From the IMG/VR virus record IMGVR_UViG_3300017653_000005, positions 1-44,461 of that record: a DNA stretch of 44,461 nt; one strand, 5' to 3'. The notes under the pieces were generated by a model that was not told the DNA's origin, did no database searches, and saw only the letters and a program-made list of their open reading frames with translations. The position numbers were made by a program, and so were the translations under genes. Positions 15,591 to 23,343 of this stretch are shown one piece after another. The number at the start of each line of letters is the position of its first letter. Position 1 is the first letter of the stretch. Source of the DNA: a virus (Duplodnaviria > Caudoviricetes).

Positions 15591-15723
15591 GCGCTCCCTC
15601 TGGCTGGCCCTGCTGCTGGCCATCCTGTACGCCCCGCGCGCGATGTGGGGATGGATCAAGCGCCGCGTCAGCGGCAACCCCGCCGGCACGAATGCGAGCC
15701 GGTGGGATGGAGATAAGAAATGA
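15580..15723 (+). CDS. Small membrane peptide (not in ORF track)
   Basis: AAGGAG RBS; MDGKRSLWLALLLAILYAP; stop overlaps the next ATG. Confidence 0.5.
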   Translation: MDGKRSLWLALLLAILYAPRAMWGWIKRRVSGNPAGTNASRWDGDKK

Positions 15724-16724
15724 CCACCGAGAACAACGCCGCCCAGCCCGTGCTGACGGATACACAGATAGAGAACATTCGTATTCGGGCTGAAAAGGAC
15801 AGCCGCCGTTTCGGGCGCACCGTTGATATTCCTCTGCAGGCCGATTTGCTCCTGGCCCTGCTGTCCAAGCTGCGCGCCCCTGTAGCCGATGAGCGGGCGT
15901 TGCCGCCGATGCCGAAGCCGACCGTTATTTGGCATAGTGACTTCACTAACCAAACGTACTATGGCTACATCGCCGATGACATGCGCGCCTACGCCCGCGC
16001 CTACGCCCTGGCAAGCGCCCCTGTAGCCGGGGAGGCGCAGCCTGCGGCGTGGGTCGCCGCCGATACGCTCAACTCCCCGCATCCGACGTGCATTTCGTCG
16101 CTCGCCTATATGTCGCAGCTCGACCGGGAGCGGGGCCGTGAATACGTGCCGCTCTACGCCGCGCCCCAGGCCAGCGAGGCGGACATCATCGAAGATGTCG
16201 CCAAACAATGGGACGGCTGCATCTACGACGCCGGGCCGGGCGGGGATATCGACATTGGGAAGGCCATTCGTAACGCAGCCAGCAAGCACAAGGGGCACCG
16301 CGCCCTCAAGTCCACCCCCGCGCCCACGGCGGCAGAGGGCAGCGAGGATGACATGCTGACCATCGCTTACCTCGCAGGAGCGCAGGCAGAGAAGGAACGC
16401 GCTGCCGTCCTGGCCGGCCGGCGGGAGCGCGCCGAGGATGACCTACCAGCGTTCATGCAATCCCGCATGACCCCGTGGGGCCTGCTGGTCCAAGCCTGCC
16501 GCATTGTGGTCGGCACGACGCTGATGGATATGTCCCGGGAACTGGGTATCCGCCCGTCTTCGCTTTCATCCTACGAGCACGGCCGCAAGGGATTGAACGA
16601 CCATTTTGTCATCGAGGTGATGCGGTTCTTCGAAGACCGGGGACTCTGCATTCCTGCGACGTCTTGGCGCAAAGCAGCCATAGCTGCCACCCAGGCCGAA
16701 CAAGGAGAGCGGGATGCAGGTTGA
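15720..16724 (+). CDS. Mosaic protein with C-terminal XRE-type HTH
   Basis: Repeated APVA linkers; TLMDMSRELGIRPSSLSSYEHGRK helix-turn-helix. Confidence 0.75.
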   Translation: MTTENNAAQPVLTDTQIENIRIRAEKDSRRFGRTVDIPLQADLLLALLSKLRAPVADERALPPMPKPTVIWHSDFTNQTYYGYIADDMRAYARAYALASAPVAGEAQPAAWVAADTLNSPHPTCISSLAYMSQLDRERGREYVPLYAAPQASEADIIEDVAKQWDGCIYDAGPGGDIDIGKAIRNAASKHKGHRALKSTPAPTAAEGSEDDMLTIAYLAGAQAEKERAAVLAGRRERAEDDLPAFMQSRMTPWGLLVQACRIVVGTTLMDMSRELGIRPSSLSSYEHGRKGLNDHFVIEVMRFFEDRGLCIPATSWRKAAIAATQAEQGERDAG

Positions 16725-16965
16725 GCTGACCATGGTTGAGTTGAAGATGCTGGGCTCCGTGCTGAACAACCACAGGTACATGCTCAGGGCCATCAAAACG
16801 GACGCCACCATTCCGCAAGCGGTGAAGGACGCGGAAGCAGCCAAGCACCAGCGCGCCTGCCAGATCATGCGCAAGCTGCGTGCCGCGTACAAGTCGCAGC
16901 GCCCCAAGCGTTCCGTTCCGGCTCCTGCTCCGCAACCCATCGAGGACGGAGGCGCGGATGTCTGA
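16714..16965 (+). CDS. Hypothetical protein
   Basis: AAGGAG RBS; overlapping chain. Confidence 0.65.
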   Translation: MQVELTMVELKMLGSVLNNHRYMLRAIKTDATIPQAVKDAEAAKHQRACQIMRKLRAAYKSQRPKRSVPAPAPQPIEDGGADV

Positions 16966-17209
16966 CTGGCAACCCATGACGATCAAGCCGCCGAGGCCTG
17001 GACAGTACCACGTCCGCGTGCGCATCACCGAAGGCCGGTATCTGTCGAAGCTGGTGCGCTACTGGGACGGCACCCAGTGGTCCTCGCGCAATGGCAGGTT
17101 GCCCACTGGCTTCGGCAACTGGGGCGACCTCTCGCAGCAATTCTGGCGCGAGATTGCTGCCCAATCCCACCCCAAGCAGCACACCAACGGAGGCGCGGTA
17201 TATGGCTGA
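16958..17209 (+). CDS. Hypothetical protein
   Basis: GGAGG RBS; MSDWQPMTIKPPRPGQY...YWDGTQW. Confidence 0.7.
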   Translation: MSDWQPMTIKPPRPGQYHVRVRITEGRYLSKLVRYWDGTQWSSRNGRLPTGFGNWGDLSQQFWREIAAQSHPKQHTNGGAVYG

Positions 17210-17399
17210 CCTGAAACCTTGCCCGTTCTGCGGGTCGAGTTCCATCTTCTATGACCGCTGGTATGCAATGCACTGCTTCTCATGCGGCGCGCAAGGTCCG
17301 GATGCAGACGATCTGGCGAACGAGGCAGCTGCCGCCACTTGGAACCAGCGCGCCGCCGCCGAGATTGGCGCAAAGATGCAGGAGACCGGCAATGGCTGA
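17202..17399 (+). CDS. lar: Lar-family restriction alleviation protein
   Basis: LKPCPFCGS...CFSCGAQGP...AAATWNQR. Confidence 0.78.
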   Translation: MADLKPCPFCGSSSIFYDRWYAMHCFSCGAQGPDADDLANEAAAATWNQRAAAEIGAKMQETGNG

Positions 17400-17514
17400 C
17401 CTGCCCTACCTCGCCCTGCTGGGCATCGCCCTGGGCGCCGTCGTGGCGCTCGCCCTGGCCCTGCACCGCTGGCTGAGCCGAGAAATCGAAAAGGAAGAAC
17501 GGGAGGAGCGATGA
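17392..17514 (+). CDS. Small membrane peptide
   Basis: AGGAG RBS; one TM segment, 40 aa; ATGA overlap with xis. Confidence 0.55.
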   Translation: MADLPYLALLGIALGAVVALALALHRWLSREIEKEEREER

Positions 17515-17801
17515 CGAAGCCACCTTACCTCACCGATGAGGAAATCGGCGAGATCTGCGACCCGTTGACGCAGCCGCATGCGCAGCTACGATACTTGCGC
17601 GGTCTGGGCATCCCGGCATCCCGTAAACCCGGTGGCCGGCCCCTCGTCGGTCGCGCAGCCTTCGAACGAGCCATGGCCGGAGCGTCTGCCATGGCGGCGG
17701 ATGTACAGCCAGACGAACCACCCAGCGCGCAACCTGATGCGGCTGCCCTGGATCGTGTAATCAAGCAAAGGAAACATGGGACGCAAGCGCAAATCCACTG
17801 A
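17511..17801 (+). CDS. xis: Excisionase-like protein (DUF4224 type)
   Basis: YLTDEEI..IC...Q..AQLRYLRGLGIP....GRPLVGR; immediately upstream of int. Confidence 0.75.
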   Translation: MTKPPYLTDEEIGEICDPLTQPHAQLRYLRGLGIPASRKPGGRPLVGRAAFERAMAGASAMAADVQPDEPPSAQPDAAALDRVIKQRKHGTQAQIH

Positions 17802-18855
17802 CCAAGGCCTGCCGTCGCGCGTCTACATGAAGCACGGCGCCTTCTACTACGTCCATCCCGGCGGAAAATGGGAGCGGATCGGCACCGACTTGGCGGAAGC
17901 GCGAAAGCGCGGCGAACTCTACAACGACCCCGCCGGCCTATACGGCACTGTGGCCTATTGGTACGGCATGTACCTGGCAAGTTGTAAGGCCAGGGTCGGT
18001 TTGCCGAAGTCACGGCGCGGCCTTTCCCAGCGCACCTATGACGACTACGTCGACGCGAGCGAGCCGCTGATAGCCTTTTTCGGCAAGATGTTGCCGCACC
18101 AAGTCGCGGGTTATCACGTGGCGCAGTACCTTGACGCAGGTGCCGCCGCGGATCGCTCGGTCCGTGCAAACCGGGAAAAGGCTGCCCTTTCGGCGGCATT
18201 CAGTTGGATGATGCGCCAGCCGGACGCGGGCGTTAAGTCCAACCCTTGCTTCGGGATTGCCCGAAACCCGGAAGAGAAGCGGGACCGGTATGTCGAACAC
18301 CACGAATACGCTCTGATCTATGCGCAATGCACCAAACCCGAGCGTATCCTTATGGACCTGATTTACCGGACACTGCAACGCCCGGAAGACATCATCACGT
18401 GGACGGCGGCCAATTTCACCACCAAACGAGAGGCGGACGGGACCACATGCCGGATCATTCGTAACCGCCAGGGGAAGACAGGTCAGACCGTGGACATACT
18501 GATCACCCCGGAGATTGACGCCATCCTCGCCATGGCGGCCCCAGGTGGCGCAGCGCTCGGTCCGGGTCTTACGCTCGTCCGCACCCGCCAGGGAAAACCC
18601 TACACCTACGACGGGATCTCTGGAATGCTGCGGCGGCGTATCTACGCTTCGGTTGCCGACGGCAGCCTGTCGGAGCCCTTCGGCTTCTACGATCTCAAGG
18701 GGAAAGGTGCCACCGACATGTGGCTGGCCAAGGTGCCGTTGACGGAAATTCAGGCGCTGTGTGGCCACGAGTCGGTTCGCACCACCGAGATATACGTCAA
18801 GGCGCGGTGGAGGGGCACCGTCAGCCCGAATTTGACCACCCTTCAGGCTGTCTAA
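17776..18855 (+). CDS. int: Tyrosine integrase
   Basis: TLQRPEDI (Arg), K in QGKTG, FYDLKGKGATD, LCGH, TEIYVK; adjacent to attP. Confidence 0.93.
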   Translation: MGRKRKSTDQGLPSRVYMKHGAFYYVHPGGKWERIGTDLAEARKRGELYNDPAGLYGTVAYWYGMYLASCKARVGLPKSRRGLSQRTYDDYVDASEPLIAFFGKMLPHQVAGYHVAQYLDAGAAADRSVRANREKAALSAAFSWMMRQPDAGVKSNPCFGIARNPEEKRDRYVEHHEYALIYAQCTKPERILMDLIYRTLQRPEDIITWTAANFTTKREADGTTCRIIRNRQGKTGQTVDILITPEIDAILAMAAPGGAALGPGLTLVRTRQGKPYTYDGISGMLRRRIYASVADGSLSEPFGFYDLKGKGATDMWLAKVPLTEIQALCGHESVRTTEIYVKARWRGTVSPNLTTLQAV

Positions 18856-18973
18856 TATCGGCCGGTGACCCACGAAGACATGCGGGCCTCAAGACACCTG
18901 ACAAGCCCCGAATATTAGACGTCGCCGGCAGAAAAAGCTCGAATTCATGCGGGTTTGCGCCGAGGTCGGGCAC

Positions 18974-19022
18974 CGGAATCATAATCCGCAGGTCCCCTGT
19001 TCGAATCAGGGATGCGCCACCA
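18974..19022 (+). other. attP core: 3' half of tRNA-Met(CAT)
   Basis: CGGA-ATCATAA-TCCG anticodon arm (CAT at 18980-18982), T-arm CCCTG-TTCGAAT-CAGGG, acceptor 3' strand ATGCGCC-A-CCA; no D-arm or 5' half. Confidence 0.88.
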
Positions 19023-19030
19023 GAGAATTC

Positions 19031-19060
19031 AAGGGCCTCCGCGTAAGCGGGGGCTTTTTC
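19031..19060 (+). terminator. Intrinsic terminator after the tRNA fragment
   Basis: GCCTCCGC-GTAA-GCGGGGGC hairpin followed by TTTTT. Confidence 0.75.
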
Positions 19061-19136
19061 GTTTGGGTCGTTTTAGACGGAATATTAGACACCGTCTAAT
19101 ATCCAGTAGGCCGTACAGTGCCACTGGAGACGCCCT

Positions 19137-19808
19137 ATGTGTGGTCGCATCGCCCAGAAGTCAGCACCCGAAGACTACGTCGAGATCCTATGGCCGAATG
19201 CCCGGCTGATCTTCGATGACGTGGCCGGGCCGCGGTACAACATCCCGCCCGGCACAAAGCCGCTGACCATGCACCGGCTGGTAGACCAGGCCGAAGCGCT
19301 GGCCAGACTGCCCTGGGGCTATAAGCCGCACGGCTCCCGGTTCTTCATGGTCAACGCCAAGCTGGAGACGATCGAGCGCCACGGCTGGCCCTGGAAGCTC
19401 ATGATCGGCGCCGGCCGCATCCTGGTGCCGGCCGACGGCTGGTACGAATGGAAGGCGCTCGATAGCGGCCCGAAGCCAGCCAAGCAGCCCTACTACATCC
19501 ATGGCGACGCCCCGCTACTCTTCGCAGGTCTGAGCGCGTGGCGCCGCGGTGCCGAGCTGGACGAGGCCCACGGCTTTGCCATCGTCACAAACGACGCCCT
19601 GGGCGGCATGGTCGACGTGCACGACCGGCGCCCGGTGGCGCTGCCGCCTGAGCTGGCCAGGGAATGGGTGGACCCGGCGACGCCGGTGGCCAGGGCGATG
19701 GAGATCCTGCGCGCCGGCCTGCCCGAGACGGCCTTTTCCTGGCACCCGGTGCGGCAGGAGGTCGGATCCAGCAAGTACCAGCTTCCCGACGCAATCGACC
19801 CCATTTAA
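19137..19808 (+). CDS. SRAP (YedK/HMCES-like) abasic-site protecting protein
   Basis: MCGR N-terminus, RYNIPP, ADGWYEW, HDRRPV. Confidence 0.92.
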   Translation: MCGRIAQKSAPEDYVEILWPNARLIFDDVAGPRYNIPPGTKPLTMHRLVDQAEALARLPWGYKPHGSRFFMVNAKLETIERHGWPWKLMIGAGRILVPADGWYEWKALDSGPKPAKQPYYIHGDAPLLFAGLSAWRRGAELDEAHGFAIVTNDALGGMVDVHDRRPVALPPELAREWVDPATPVARAMEILRAGLPETAFSWHPVRQEVGSSKYQLPDAIDPI

Positions 19809-19827
19809 GGATTCGGCAGCCGGCATA

Positions 19828-19847
19828 TACTGTTTATTCACACAGTG
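19828..19847 (+). promoter_or_regulatory. LexA (SOS) box
   Basis: TA-CTGT-TTATTCAC-ACAG-TG matches CTGT-N8-ACAG; the core ends 10 bp before ATG 19856. Confidence 0.8.
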
Positions 19848-19855
19848 ATTTTGCC

Positions 19856-20149
19856 ATGCCGTTCCGATCTCCCCTCACCCACGCCGAGCTGCGCGCCATC
19901 CGCGAGCGCCAGCCCTGGAACCCCGATGTACTGACCCTCCTATGGGAGGTCAAGCGCCTGCGCTCGATGATGCTGCGCGCGTACCAGCTTTCGGGCGAAT
20001 TTCGCCGGCCGGTCGGCGTCCTCGCCAACTGCTACGACGAATACATGGCTCAGCTGGTGGTCGAGCCCTGTGTTCTCGAGCGCGACGCAGACGTCGCCGA
20101 GATGCTGAACGCGCCGGCCAAGCCTCGCAAGGGGATGGGGCCGCGCTAG
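19856..20149 (+). CDS. SOS-regulated hypothetical protein
   Basis: MPFRSPLTHAELRAIRERQ...DVLTLLWEVKRLR; 97 aa; behind the LexA box. Confidence 0.75.
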   Translation: MPFRSPLTHAELRAIRERQPWNPDVLTLLWEVKRLRSMMLRAYQLSGEFRRPVGVLANCYDEYMAQLVVEPCVLERDADVAEMLNAPAKPRKGMGPR

Positions 20150-21117
20150 GATTTGGAATAGAACCGGCGGTTCCAATCAGCGGCGGGTATCACTTCCCAT
20201 ACGGTCGATAGACTCTTGACCCAAGCAATTCGATCCTCTTTTCCGGCAGGCACCTTCCAAAATGTGCGTCCATCCGCGTCGTCAACGCCCACTGCCTGGA
20301 AGATGCGCTGATACCAGGCCCGTTGATCCTTCGCATCTAGAAAGTTGGCCTCCATCCAGGCTGACATGTCGAACTTGCCGGGAATAACGACGTTCGGCTC
20401 AAAGGCGGCTGGCGCCAGGATGTCATCATCCCACGAGCCGGCTGCGATGGCCGGCACGGCGTCGGAGGCATTCAGGTATGCCCCGTCCTGCTTGAACATC
20501 CGCTTGCCGGTCAGGTCGATCAGCACCCAGCGGCCATTCCATTTCGCCTCAAGGCAGATATGCCCTTCGTCGTAGCCGTTCAGGTCTTCGGGCGACGTTC
20601 CCATGGTGAGATAGCGCACGGTTCGAGTTTCGATGCCCGCGGGCTTGAAGATGGACGCCACCGCCCAGGTGTGAAGGTTGCCGCAGGTCATGGCCACCTT
20701 GCCCGACCTAGCAACGTCATCGGCACGCGCCAGGAATTCGGTCATGCCCTCGCCAGGCCTTTTGAGGTCACGCAGGCCATGCATGGACCACCACGCCGCC
20801 GCTGATGCTGTATCACGGACGGTTCCCGGAACGGCTCGAACCACAGACGCCTTCATCGGCGACCAGAAACGATAGAACCCCGGCGCGGTGCAGTCGTATG
20901 CCGCACCATCAAACTCATAACTACCCGGCGCGAGCAGCAGAGTGTCAGGGATAGCCAGGGCCCGACTATTCGCCGCGGTCAACGGGAAGCGCTGCACGCC
21001 CAGATACCGATCAACCTTCGGCAAGAACTCGCGCGCCAGTACGCCCCGAGAAAAAGGCAGCGCTACAGCGGCGAAAATAAGGCGGCGCCTCAATAGGCTT
21101 GGGGTTATGGGCTCCAT
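20146..21117 (-). CDS. Exported transglutaminase/papain-like (Cys-His-Asp) enzyme, WbmE-like candidate
   Basis: N-terminal LLRRRLIFAAVALPFSRGVLA twin-Arg-like signal; triad C145 (AMTCG), H186 (DEGHI), D201 (WVLID); paralog of 22477-23343. Confidence 0.75.
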   Translation of the reverse strand: MEPITPSLLRRRLIFAAVALPFSRGVLAREFLPKVDRYLGVQRFPLTAANSRALAIPDTLLLAPGSYEFDGAAYDCTAPGFYRFWSPMKASVVRAVPGTVRDTASAAAWWSMHGLRDLKRPGEGMTEFLARADDVARSGKVAMTCGNLHTWAVASIFKPAGIETRTVRYLTMGTSPEDLNGYDEGHICLEAKWNGRWVLIDLTGKRMFKQDGAYLNASDAVPAIAAGSWDDDILAPAAFEPNVVIPGKFDMSAWMEANFLDAKDQRAWYQRIFQAVGVDDADGRTFWKVPAGKEDRIAWVKSLSTVWEVIPAADWNRRFYSKS

Positions 21118-21135
21118 GGCCAGATTTTGCCATAC

Positions 21136-21645
21136 CTACCGTTTGCCGCGCACCTCGTCGTAAGCGCGCTCACAGGTCAGTCCGGCGATGCGGGAGCTGT
21201 CTGCAATAGCCGCAAGCGCTTCAGCTCGGTCGATAGCGCGGCCGAGCATGTGGGCGAGCAGATCGACGGCAGAGGCCCCTGACGGGCTTCCGACGGCAAG
21301 GGTGGGATCTCTGCCGGCTGCGGCGCGAGCCAGCGCGTTTGCGCGGGCGCGCAGCCAGTCATGCTCAGCGCGAGCGCCAGCAGCATCAGCGGCCGCAGCA
21401 GCGGCCATTCCTTGAGCCTCGTCACGGACTTTCTCCACGGCAGCGGTACGCCGCCTTTCTTCCTCTCGGGCCGCCTCTACAGCGGTCACGGTCGCCTGGG
21501 CCTGCGCGTCACGTTCAGCGGCATGCATAGCGTCCGCTCTGGCCAGCTTGGCGTCCCATCGCCACCCTTGCACGACCCAGGCCGCACCACCCAGGACAAG
21601 GCCGCCGACAAGCGTCGCCACCGCGTAGCCGCGCCAGCCGATCAT
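21136..21645 (-). CDS. Rz: i-spanin (Rz, DUF2514-like)
   Basis: N-terminal TM, long Ala-rich coiled coil, ending GLTCERAYD; ATGA overlap with the endolysin. Confidence 0.85.
   Translation of the reverse strand: MIGWRGYAVATLVGGLVLGGAAWVVQGWRWDAKLARADAMHAAERDAQAQATVTAVEAAREEERRRTAAVEKVRDEAQGMAAAAAADAAGARAEHDWLRARANALARAAAGRDPTLAVGSPSGASAVDLLAHMLGRAIDRAEALAAIADSSRIAGLTCERAYDEVRGKR
21177..21425 (-). CDS. Rz1: o-spanin lipoprotein embedded in Rz (start may be ATG 21386)
   Basis: LLALALSMTG-C lipobox; Pro-rich PQPAEIPPLPSEARQ. Confidence 0.8.
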   Translation of the reverse strand: MTRLKEWPLLRPLMLLALALSMTGCAPAQTRWLAPQPAEIPPLPSEARQGPLPSICSPTCSAALSTELKRLRLLQTAPASPD

Positions 21646-22196
21646 CGCAGGCCTGAAAGACATAATCGCTCCTCGTCGAGGCGTCGGTTATATAGGCCCG
21701 GAACAAAGACTTTTACCCCCTTGGAGTCCGTGACATAGGACCAGACTGGCGAGCCGTTCGGAGCGTGCGCCAAGGCGGTGCAACCATCGCGCAGCCGGCC
21801 GGCGTTGATCAGGCCCACGGCGCGGCTCGCGCAAGTACTTGCCGTGCCAAAGTTGTGCGCGTGGCTGCTAAGCGCGTCAAAAATCGGCTGACTGATTACC
21901 ACGTCAATGCAGCCCGCCAGCTTCAATTGCCCCTTGCTGACCACCAGGCGCTCAATCTGCTCGCAGCGCTCCGGAGACCAGTAGTCTCCCACCACCAATG
22001 TCTCAGGGCTGGTGTGCTTGGTAATCCCCTTGCACACCGTAGGCAGGCCGTGAGCCAACTTGTCGGCGTAAACGATATTCTGTCCCTCACCCTCCCACTT
22101 TCCGAGGAAGGATTGAAGACTGGGCGAGAACATCGCCAGAACGCCAGAAGCAACAAGGGCGGCAGCGCCACCCTTGACTTTGGTTCCCAGCCTCAT
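21642..22196 (-). CDS. SAR endolysin, GH24 lysozyme
   Basis: Gly/Ala-rich N-terminal anchor; WEG...YAD...PTVCKG catalytic motif; GLYNRRLDEERLC. Confidence 0.88.
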   Translation of the reverse strand: MRLGTKVKGGAAALVASGVLAMFSPSLQSFLGKWEGEGQNIVYADKLAHGLPTVCKGITKHTSPETLVVGDYWSPERCEQIERLVVSKGQLKLAGCIDVVISQPIFDALSSHAHNFGTASTCASRAVGLINAGRLRDGCTALAHAPNGSPVWSYVTDSKGVKVFVPGLYNRRLDEERLCLSGLR

Positions 22197-22444
22197 CGTT
22201 CACACCTTTCTTTCAACGCCGCAAGACGTGCCTCGCTTTCGGCCTGCTCACGACGGTCGCGCCGGCGCTGGTAATAGAGGTTCGCCAGCAGGCCCACAAC
22301 GGCTACCAGAAAACCGGCCCATCCAATCCAGTTCACTTGCGCGGCCCATCCAACTACGCCTGTCACAGCGCCTGTCTCGGTAGTGCGATTCGCAGCCACG
22401 ATCGCGGCATCGTCGAGCCTCATTTTGTAGATCCTTTGGGGCAT
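22193..22444 (-). CDS. Holin (probably pinholin type)
   Basis: AGGGAAGG RBS; TM segment followed by basic YYQRRRDRR; ATGA overlap with the endolysin. Confidence 0.8.
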   Translation of the reverse strand: MPQRIYKMRLDDAAIVAANRTTETGAVTGVVGWAAQVNWIGWAGFLVAVVGLLANLYYQRRRDRREQAESEARLAALKERCER

Positions 22445-22462
22445 TTCGCCTTCCCTATGGGC

Positions 22463-22486
22463 AAAAAAAGCCCGCTCTACGCGGGC
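22463..22486 (-). terminator. Intrinsic terminator between tail and lysis genes
   Basis: GCCCGC-GTAGA-GCGGGC followed by T7 on the minus strand. Confidence 0.75.
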
Positions 22487-23343
22487 AAGTAGAAGCGGTC
22501 GTTCCAGACACCTGGATCGACGTCGACCTTCCACCTTAGGCTCTGCGCCTCGACCCACGTTTTTCTTCCTTCTGCCCCCTCCGGCAGTAGCCAGTAGGTA
22601 TTTCCGTCTGCCGCATCAATACCAACGGCTTGGCAAATGCGCTGCGTCCAGTCCTGTTTTCTAGCGTCGTTCCCGAGGACATTCCATGAGTACGACGCAT
22701 AGTCCATGCCACCCGGGTTTGCCAGAGGTCCAACGGTGTCGATCTTCGCAGGGTCCGGTGTAAGAGGTGACACGGAAAGAGACCACCCCGGCGCAGCGGC
22801 CACGAAGTCTCGGGCCGACAGCGCTGCACCCGACAGAGATCGATAGAACCTGCCCAGGTCCGCATCAACAAGCATCCAAGCGCCATTTCGAAAAATCTCT
22901 ACAGCCACGTGCCCATCGTCATATCCGTTCGGCGTTTCCATTGTCAGAAATCTAACGATTCTGGCCGTGAATCCGGCTGCCGTAAGCCAAGATAGAAGCC
23001 ATGGGGAAACCACGCCACACGAGATCCCGACAAACCGCGACCGGGCCTCGTAGTTCAGTTGCGCAATGCTCAGCCCGTTATCCCGAGCGCCGTGCTTGGA
23101 GGCGATGGAGAACACACTAGCCATCTCCAGCGGGTCGGAATCCGTGACTGCACGCCTGCCGGCGTTCGCCGGGGACAAGCCCGCGAAAAAATAAACGCCG
23201 GGATCGGTCATGTCATAGGCGACGCCCGCGACTGCATACGTGCCGGGCTGCACCAAGAATCCGCTGGGTAACGCTGCCCCGCTGGAAACAACAGGAACAT
23301 CGTAGGATCCATCGAGATAAAATCGCTTTGCGTTCATGATCAC
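22477..23343 (-). CDS. Tail-fibre-coupled transglutaminase/papain-like (Cys-His-Asp) protein
   Basis: GTGA overlap with the tail fibre stop; no signal peptide; triad C109 (GISCG), H145 (DDGHV), D160 (WMLVD). Confidence 0.75.
   Translation of the reverse strand: MIMNAKRFYLDGSYDVPVVSSGAALPSGFLVQPGTYAVAGVAYDMTDPGVYFFAGLSPANAGRRAVTDSDPLEMASVFSIASKHGARDNGLSIAQLNYEARSRFVGISCGVVSPWLLSWLTAAGFTARIVRFLTMETPNGYDDGHVAVEIFRNGAWMLVDADLGRFYRSLSGAALSARDFVAAAPGWSLSVSPLTPDPAKIDTVGPLANPGGMDYASYSWNVLGNDARKQDWTQRICQAVGIDAADGNTYWLLPEGAEGRKTWVEAQSLRWKVDVDPGVWNDRFYLPA

Larger units (their letters stand above)
18850..19104. repeat. Integrase arm-type sites flanking the att core
   Basis: ATATTAGAC motif at 18850-18858 (reverse), 18912-18920, 19070-19078 (degenerate), 19082-19090 and 19094-19102 (reverse). 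Confidence 0.75.

Noticed and set aside
17560-17776. CII-dependent pI promoter for int
   Set aside because: TGCGG-CTGC look-alikes exist, but the spacing or orientation does not match the pRE-type site and no correctly placed -10 was found.
18974-19022. Complete tRNA gene
   Set aside because: Only the anticodon arm to CCA is present, with no D-arm or 5' acceptor strand; it is the att core.
18850-19104. CRISPR-like repeats
   Set aside because: The repeats are 9-11 bp, in mixed orientation and irregularly spaced, with no cas genes; they fit integrase arm sites.
19104-19119. Second LexA box upstream of SRAP
   Set aside because: CAGT-N7-ACAG has the wrong left half-site and spacing.
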